A program made the translations under genes and the position numbers. Shown one piece after another: positions 57,680 through 64,000 of a DNA stretch of 64,000 nt. The number at the start of each line of letters is the position of its first letter. The first letter of the stretch is position 1. The notes under the pieces are model-generated. The model worked only from the letters and a program-made list of their open reading frames with translations, made no database searches and was not told the origin of the DNA. The DNA comes from Escherichia phage EcNP1: sequence record NC_054910.1. One strand, 5' to 3'.

Positions 57680-59662
57680 ATGGCAAAGACCCCTGTAAAT
57701 TATCAATTAACAAGAACAGCAAATGCTATTCCCGAGATATTCGTCGGGGGTACATTTGCTGAAATAAAACAAAACCTCATTGAATGGCTTAATGGCCAAA
57801 ATGAATTTTTGGATTATGATTTTGAAGGCTCAAGATTAAACGTTCTGTGTGACCTTTTGGCTTATAATACATTGTACATTCAGCAGTTTGGTAATGCTGC
57901 CTTGTATGAAAGCTTTATGCGTACTGCTAATTTGCGTAGTTCAGTAGTTCAAGCTGCGCAAGATAATGGATATTTACCTACTTCAAAATCAGCTGCTCAA
58001 ACTGAAATTATGCTAACTTGCACAGACGCATTGAATAGAAATTACATTACTATTCCTCGCGGTACTCGCTTTTTAGCATATGCAAAAGATACTTCCGTTA
58101 ATCCTTATAACTTTGTATCTACTGAAGATGTTATTGCTATTCGCGATAAAAATAACCAATATTTTCCGCGTTTAAAATTAGCCCAAGGACGTATAGTAAG
58201 AACTGAAATCATTTATGATAAATTAACACCTATTATCATTTATGACAAAAATATAGATAGAAACCAAGTTAAACTATACGTTGATGGAGCAGAATGGATT
58301 AACTGGACAAGAAAGTCAATGGTTCATGCTGGTTCTACATCAACAATTTACTACATGCGTGAAACTATTGATGGAAATACTGAATTTTATTTTGGTGAAG
58401 GTGAGATTTCCGTTAATGCAGCAGAAGGAGCATTGACCGCTAATTATATTGGAGGTCTTAAACCTACCCAGAACTCTACGATTGTTATTGAGTACATCAG
58501 TACTAACGGTGCAGATGCGAATGGCGCAGTCGGATTTTCATATGCAGATACATTAACAAATATAACTGTCATCAATATTAATGAAAATCCAAACGACGAC
58601 CCAGATTTCGTTGGAGCAGACGGCGGTGGTGACCCAGAAGATATTGAGCGTATTCGCGAATTGGGTACTATTAAACGCGAAACCCAGCAACGCTGCGTAA
58701 CTGCGACTGACTATGATACATTCGTTTCAGAGAGATTTGGTTCTATTATTCAAGCAGTTCAGACGTTCACTGATTCTACTAAACCTGGTTATGCATTTAT
58801 TGCTGCTAAACCTAAATCAGGGCTATATTTAACTACTGTACAACGTGAAGATATTAAAAATTATCTCAAAGATTATAATTTAGCTCCTATTACGCCATCA
58901 ATTATTTCTCCTAATTACCTTTTTATTAAGACTAATTTAAAAGTCACATATGCTTTAAATAAGCTGCAAGAATCCGAACAGTGGCTTGAAGGTCAAATAA
59001 TTGATAAAATTGATCGTTATTATACCGAAGATGTAGAAATTTTTAACTCATCTTTCGCTAAATCTAAGATGTTGACATATGTAGATGATGCAGATCATTC
59101 TATCATTGGCTCATCAGCGACAATTCAAATTGTTCGTGAAGTACAAAACTTCTATAAAACGCCTGAAGCAGGTATTAAATACAATAATCAAATAAAAGAC
59201 CGTTCTATGGAATCTAATACGTTTTCATTTAATTCTGGACGAAAGGTTGTAAATCCTGATACTGGTTTAGAAGAAGATGTATTATATGACGTTCGCATAG
59301 TATCAACAGACCGAAATTCTAAAGGAATTGGTAAAGTTATTATTGGTCCATTTGCTTCTGGCGATGTTACGGAAAATAAAAACATTCGTCCATATACAGG
59401 CAACGATTTTAATAAATTAGCAAATTCTAGTGGACGCGACAAATACTATGTTATCGGTGAAATAAATTATCCAGCTGATATGATTTATTGGAATATCGCT
59501 AAAATTAATTTAACATCCGATAAATTTGAGGTTCAGACTATTGAACTATATTCTGATCCAATAGACGATGTTATTTTCACACGTGATGGTTCACTGATTG
59601 TATTTGAAAATGATTTACGCCCGCAATACTTAACTATCGATTTGGAGCCTATATCACAATGA
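57680..59662 (+). CDS. 6: Baseplate wedge protein gp6
   Basis: 660 aa as T4 gp6. Confidence 0.95.
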   Translation: MAKTPVNYQLTRTANAIPEIFVGGTFAEIKQNLIEWLNGQNEFLDYDFEGSRLNVLCDLLAYNTLYIQQFGNAALYESFMRTANLRSSVVQAAQDNGYLPTSKSAAQTEIMLTCTDALNRNYITIPRGTRFLAYAKDTSVNPYNFVSTEDVIAIRDKNNQYFPRLKLAQGRIVRTEIIYDKLTPIIIYDKNIDRNQVKLYVDGAEWINWTRKSMVHAGSTSTIYYMRETIDGNTEFYFGEGEISVNAAEGALTANYIGGLKPTQNSTIVIEYISTNGADANGAVGFSYADTLTNITVININENPNDDPDFVGADGGGDPEDIERIRELGTIKRETQQRCVTATDYDTFVSERFGSIIQAVQTFTDSTKPGYAFIAAKPKSGLYLTTVQREDIKNYLKDYNLAPITPSIISPNYLFIKTNLKVTYALNKLQESEQWLEGQIIDKIDRYYTEDVEIFNSSFAKSKMLTYVDDADHSIIGSSATIQIVREVQNFYKTPEAGIKYNNQIKDRSMESNTFSFNSGRKVVNPDTGLEEDVLYDVRIVSTDRNSKGIGKVIIGPFASGDVTENKNIRPYTGNDFNKLANSSGRDKYYVIGEINYPADMIYWNIAKINLTSDKFEVQTIELYSDPIDDVIFTRDGSLIVFENDLRPQYLTIDLEPISQ

Positions 59663-62600
59663 CAGTAAAAGCACCTTCAGTCACTAGTCTCAGAATTTCC
59701 AAGTTATCCGCAAATCAGGTGCAAGTACGCTGGGATGACGTTGGTGCTAATTTCTACTATTTTGTAGAAATCGCTGAGACAAAAACAAACTCGGGGGAAA
59801 ATCTCCCGAGTAATCAATACAGATGGATTAACTTAGGATATACTGCAAATAACAGCTTCTTTTTTGATAATGCTAATCCATTGACATCGTACATTATTAG
59901 AGTAGCTACAGCTGCGCAGGATTTTGAGCAGTCTGATTGGATTTATACCGAAGAGTTTGAAACTTTTGCTACAAACGCTTATACATTTCAAAACATGATT
60001 GAAATGCAATTAGCTAATAAATTCATTCAGGAAAAATTTACTCTTAATAATTCTGACTATGTTAATTTTAATAATGATACTATAATGGCTGCATTGATGA
60101 ATGAATCATTCCAATTCAGCCCATCATATGCTGATGTTTCATCAATAAGTAATTTTATTATTGGTGAAAATGAGTATCATGAAATACAAGGTTCTATTCA
60201 GCAAGTATGTAAGGATATTAATCGAGTTTATTTGATGGAATCAGAAGGGATTCTATATCTTTTTGAGCGTTATCAACCTGTAGTTAAAGTATCCAATGAT
60301 AAAGGTCAAACCTGGAAAGCTGTAAAGCTCTTCAATGACCGTGTAGGATATCCTTTATCTAAGACTGTATATTACCAATCTGCGAGCACAACATACGTTC
60401 TAGGATACGACAAGATTTTCTATGGCCGCAAATCTACTGATGTTAGATGGTCAGCTGATGATGTCAGATTTAGTTCGCAGGATATAACATTCGCTAAACT
60501 TGGTGATCAACTTCATTTGGGATTTGATGTTGAAATCTTTGGTACTTATGCTACATTACCTGCAAATGTGTATCGTATAGCTGAAGCTATTACTTGCACC
60601 GATGATTACATTTACGTTGTCGCCAGAGACAAAGTTAGATACATAAAAACGAGTAATGCACCTATAGATTCTGATCCATTATCTCCAACATATTCGGAAA
60701 GACTTTTTGAACCTGATACAATGACTATAACCGGAAATCCTAAAGCAGTATGCTATAAAATGGATTCTATCGGTGATAAAGTTTTTGCTCTTATTATTGG
60801 TGAAGTTGAAACATTAAATGCTAATCCTAGAACATCAAAAATAATTGATTCTGATGATAAAGGAATATACGTTTTAAATCATGATACAAAAACGTGGAAA
60901 AGAGTTTTTGGCAACACTGAAGAAGAAAGAAGACGTATTCAACCTGGATATGCGAATATGTCAACTGATGGTAAATTAGTTTCTCTGTCTTCGAGTAATT
61001 TTAAATTTTTAAGTGATAACGTTGTTAATGACCCTGAAACTGCAGCGAAATATCAGTTAATCGGTGCTGTTAAATATGAATTTCCTCGTGAATGGCTAGC
61101 CGATAAGCATTATCATATGATGGCATTTATAGCAGATGAAAAATCTGATTGGGAAACTTTTACGCCTCAACCGATGAAATATTATGCAGAACCATTCTTT
61201 AACTGGTCTAAAAAATCTAACACACGTTGTTGGATAAACAACTCTGACAGAGCTGTAGTAGTTTATGCTGATTTAAAATACACCAAAGTTATAGAAAATA
61301 TTCCGGAAACATCGCCAGATAGATTAGTTCATGAATACTGGGATGATGGTGATTGTACGATAGTAATGCCAAATGTTAAATTCACGGGATTTAAAAAATA
61401 TGCGTCTGGGATGCTTTTTTATAAATCTTCTGGTGAAATAATTTCTTACTATGATTTTAACTATCGAGTGAGAGACACGGTTGAAATAATTTGGAAGCCA
61501 ACTGGAATATTTTTAAAAGCATTTTTACAAAATCAAGAGCGTGAAACTCCTTGGTCACCAGAAGAAGAGCATGGATTAGCTGACCCTGATTTAAGACCAT
61601 TGATTGGCACAATGATGCCTGATTCTTATTTATTACAAGATTCAAATTTTGAGGCATTTTGCGAAGCATATATTCAATATCTTTCTGATGGATATGGAAC
61701 TCAGTATAACAATTTACGAAATTTAATTCGTAACAAATATCCACGAGAAGAGCATGCGTGGGAATATTTGTGGTCAGAGATATATAAAAGAAACATTTAT
61801 TTAAATGCTGACAAACGTGATGCTGTTGCAAGATTTTTTGAATCACGTAGCTATGATTTTTATTCTACTAAAGGAATTGAAGCATCATACAAATTTCTTT
61901 TTAAAGTTCTTTATAATGAAGAAGTTGAAATTGAAATTGAATCTGGGGCTGGTACTGAATATGATATAATCATTCAATCTGATTCTTTGACTGAAGACTT
62001 AGTAGGACAAACGATTTATACAGCTACAGGAAGATGTAATGTTACTTATATAGAAAGAAGCTATTCTAATGGTAAATTGCAATGGACCGTAACTATTCAT
62101 AATCTTTTGGGAAGATTAATTGCTGGTCAAGAAGTTAAAGCAGAAAGACTCCCTAGTTTTGAAGGCGAAATTATTCGCGGGGTTAAAGGAAAGGATTTGC
62201 TTCAAAATAATATAGACTATATTAATAGAAGTCGATCATATTATGTAATGAAAATTAAATCCAATTTGCCTTCTTCCCGCTGGAAATCTGACGTTATTCG
62301 TTTTGTTCATCCAGTAGGATTTGGATTTATAGCAATTACTCTTTTAACAATGTTTATTAATGTCGGTTTAACTCTTAAACATACAGAGACTATAATTAAT
62401 AAATACAAAAACTACAAGTGGGATTCTGGATTGCCTACTGAATATGCTGATAGAGTAGCTAAATTAACTCCAACTGGTGAAATTGAACATGATTCAGTAA
62501 CAGGAGAAGCAATTTATGAACCTGGCCCAATGGCTGGTGTAAAATATCCTCTTCCTAATGACTATAATGCTGAAAATAATAATTCAATATTTCAAGGTCA

Positions 62601-62757
62601 ATTGCCTTCTGAACGACGCAAGTTAATGAGTCCTCTATTTGACGCATCTGGAACAACATTTGCACAGTTTAGGGATTTAGTTAATAAACGTCTAAAAGAT
62701 AATATAGGAAATCCAAGAGACCCTGAAAATCCAACACAGGTTAAAATAGATGAATGA
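59659..62757 (+). CDS. 7: Baseplate wedge protein gp7
   Basis: 1032 aa as T4 gp7. Confidence 0.95.
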   Translation: MTVKAPSVTSLRISKLSANQVQVRWDDVGANFYYFVEIAETKTNSGENLPSNQYRWINLGYTANNSFFFDNANPLTSYIIRVATAAQDFEQSDWIYTEEFETFATNAYTFQNMIEMQLANKFIQEKFTLNNSDYVNFNNDTIMAALMNESFQFSPSYADVSSISNFIIGENEYHEIQGSIQQVCKDINRVYLMESEGILYLFERYQPVVKVSNDKGQTWKAVKLFNDRVGYPLSKTVYYQSASTTYVLGYDKIFYGRKSTDVRWSADDVRFSSQDITFAKLGDQLHLGFDVEIFGTYATLPANVYRIAEAITCTDDYIYVVARDKVRYIKTSNAPIDSDPLSPTYSERLFEPDTMTITGNPKAVCYKMDSIGDKVFALIIGEVETLNANPRTSKIIDSDDKGIYVLNHDTKTWKRVFGNTEEERRRIQPGYANMSTDGKLVSLSSSNFKFLSDNVVNDPETAAKYQLIGAVKYEFPREWLADKHYHMMAFIADEKSDWETFTPQPMKYYAEPFFNWSKKSNTRCWINNSDRAVVVYADLKYTKVIENIPETSPDRLVHEYWDDGDCTIVMPNVKFTGFKKYASGMLFYKSSGEIISYYDFNYRVRDTVEIIWKPTGIFLKAFLQNQERETPWSPEEEHGLADPDLRPLIGTMMPDSYLLQDSNFEAFCEAYIQYLSDGYGTQYNNLRNLIRNKYPREEHAWEYLWSEIYKRNIYLNADKRDAVARFFESRSYDFYSTKGIEASYKFLFKVLYNEEVEIEIESGAGTEYDIIIQSDSLTEDLVGQTIYTATGRCNVTYIERSYSNGKLQWTVTIHNLLGRLIAGQEVKAERLPSFEGEIIRGVKGKDLLQNNIDYINRSRSYYVMKIKSNLPSSRWKSDVIRFVHPVGFGFIAITLLTMFINVGLTLKHTETIINKYKNYKWDSGLPTEYADRVAKLTPTGEIEHDSVTGEAIYEPGPMAGVKYPLPNDYNAENNNSIFQGQLPSERRKLMSPLFDASGTTFAQFRDLVNKRLKDNIGNPRDPENPTQVKIDE

Positions 62758-63754
62758 TTCAAGTGTTATCTATCGTGCGATAGTTACTTCAAAATTTAGA
62801 ACAGAAAAAATGTTGAATTTTTATAATTCAATTGGAAGTGGTCCGGATAAAAACACTATCTTTATTACATTTGGAAGATCAGAACCGTGGTCATCAAACG
62901 AAAATGAGGTGGGATTTGCCCCACCTTATCCCACCGATTCTGTATTAGGTGTAACTGACATGTGGACTCATATGATGGGAACCGTGAAGGTTCTTCCATC
63001 TATGCTTGATGCAGTTATTCCTCGTCGAGATTGGGGAGATACTAGATATCCGGATCCATACACATTTAGAATTAACGATATTGTAGTGTGTAACTCAGCT
63101 CCTTACAACGCTACCGAATCAGGCGCAGGCTGGTTAGTATATCGTTGTTTAGATGTTCCTGATACCGGAATGTGCTCAATTGAGTCTTTAACTAATAAGG
63201 ATGAATGCCTTAAGCTAGGTGGAAAATGGACTCCTTCTGTTAGGTCAATGACTCCTCCTGAAGGTCGAGGAGACGCGGAAGGAACAATCGAACCTGGAGA
63301 CGGGTATGTATGGGAATATCTTTTTGAGATTCCGCCTGATGTATCTATAAACAGATGCACGAATGAATATATCGTGGTTCCTTGGCCTGAGGAATTAAAA
63401 GAAGATCCGACTAGATGGGGGTATGAAGATAACCTCACTTGGCAGCAAGATGATTTTGGATTAATTTACCGGGTTAAGGCAAATACTATTCGTTTTAAAG
63501 CATACTTAGATTCAGTTTATTTTCCTGAAGCTGCATTGCCAGGAAATAAAGGATTTAGACAAATATCGATAATCACGAATCCTCTTGAAGCTAAAGTTCA
63601 TCCAAATGACCCAAACGTTAAAGCTGAAAAGGATTACTATGATCCGGAAGATTTAATGAGGCATTCGGGCGAAATGATTTATATGGAAAATAGGCCACCT
63701 ATTATTATGGCAATGGATCAAACAGAAGAAATCAATATTCTGTTTACATTTTAA
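62750..63754 (+). CDS. 8: Baseplate wedge protein gp8
   Basis: 334 aa as T4 gp8. Confidence 0.95.
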   Translation: MNDSSVIYRAIVTSKFRTEKMLNFYNSIGSGPDKNTIFITFGRSEPWSSNENEVGFAPPYPTDSVLGVTDMWTHMMGTVKVLPSMLDAVIPRRDWGDTRYPDPYTFRINDIVVCNSAPYNATESGAGWLVYRCLDVPDTGMCSIESLTNKDECLKLGGKWTPSVRSMTPPEGRGDAEGTIEPGDGYVWEYLFEIPPDVSINRCTNEYIVVPWPEELKEDPTRWGYEDNLTWQQDDFGLIYRVKANTIRFKAYLDSVYFPEAALPGNKGFRQISIITNPLEAKVHPNDPNVKAEKDYYDPEDLMRHSGEMIYMENRPPIIMAMDQTEEINILFTF

Positions 63755-63759
63755 ATTAA

Positions 63760-63782
63760 GGGAGCCCATGGGCTCCCTTTTT
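63760..63782 (+). terminator. Rho-independent terminator after gene 8
   Basis: Palindrome gggagcccatgggctccc followed by ttttt. Confidence 0.75.
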
Positions 63783-63785
63783 CTT

Positions 63786-63793
63786 TATAAATA
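63786..63793 (+). promoter_or_regulatory. Late promoter TATAAATA for gene 9
   Basis: tataaata 25 nt upstream of gene 9 ATG. Confidence 0.75.
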
Positions 63794-63817
63794 CTATAAA
63801 CTCATAAGGAAACCGCT

Positions 63818-64000
63818 ATGTTCATTCAAGAACCAAAGAAATTGATTGATACCGGCGAAATTGGTAACGCTTCTACTGGTGATATCTTATTCGACGGTGG
63901 TAATAAAATTAATAGTGATTTTAACGCAATTTATAACGCGTTTGGCGATCAGCGTAAAATGGCAGTAGCAAATGGCACTGGTGCTAACGGCCAAATTATC
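63818..64000 (+). CDS. 9: Baseplate wedge / tail fiber socket gp9, N-terminal part
   Basis: Manual translation MFIQEPKKLIDTGEIGNASTGDILFDGG... matches T4 gp9 N-terminus as recalled; RBS aaggaaa. Confidence 0.85.
   Translation, partial: MFIQEPKKLIDTGEIGNASTGDILFDGGNKINSDFNAIYNAFGDQRKMAVANGTGANGQII

Overview
This window is a T-even (T4-like, Tequatrovirus) phage genome segment, close to but not identical to T4. Coordinates 1-54500 are almost entirely minus-strand early and middle genes: uvsX (truncated at window start), a glycosyltransferase at the T4 beta-gt position, gene 42, imm, DNA polymerase 43, regA, 62/44/45, rpbA, 46/47, alpha-gt, 55, nrdH/nrdG/nrdD, 49, nrdC, many small accessory ORFs, rI, tk, regB, ipIII/ipII, denV, lysozyme e, nudE, a 10-tRNA cluster, ipI, 57B/57A, 1, 3, 2 and 4. 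From 54548 the plus strand carries late baseplate genes 53, 5, 5.1, 5.4, 6, 7, 8 and the start of 9. Regulatory structure is readable directly: a conserved early-promoter block recurring at least 17 times on the minus strand, TATAAATA late promoters, C(UUCG)G intercistronic hairpins, several rho-independent terminators and the gene 43 translational operator. All gene identifications rest on ORF-track translations compared with T4 proteins from memory and on motifs; no database search was run. Most notable departures from canonical T4 are a GrcA/YfiD-like gene whose 3' half looks host-derived, a frameshifted internal-protein-like gene in a terminator-flanked late cassette, extra capsid-targeting-sequence proteins, tRNA-Tyr and tRNA-Asn in the tRNA cluster, an intron-free nrdD, and a non-T4 glycosyltransferase. 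I did not find one clearly novel multi-gene system; the candidates are listed as separate findings.
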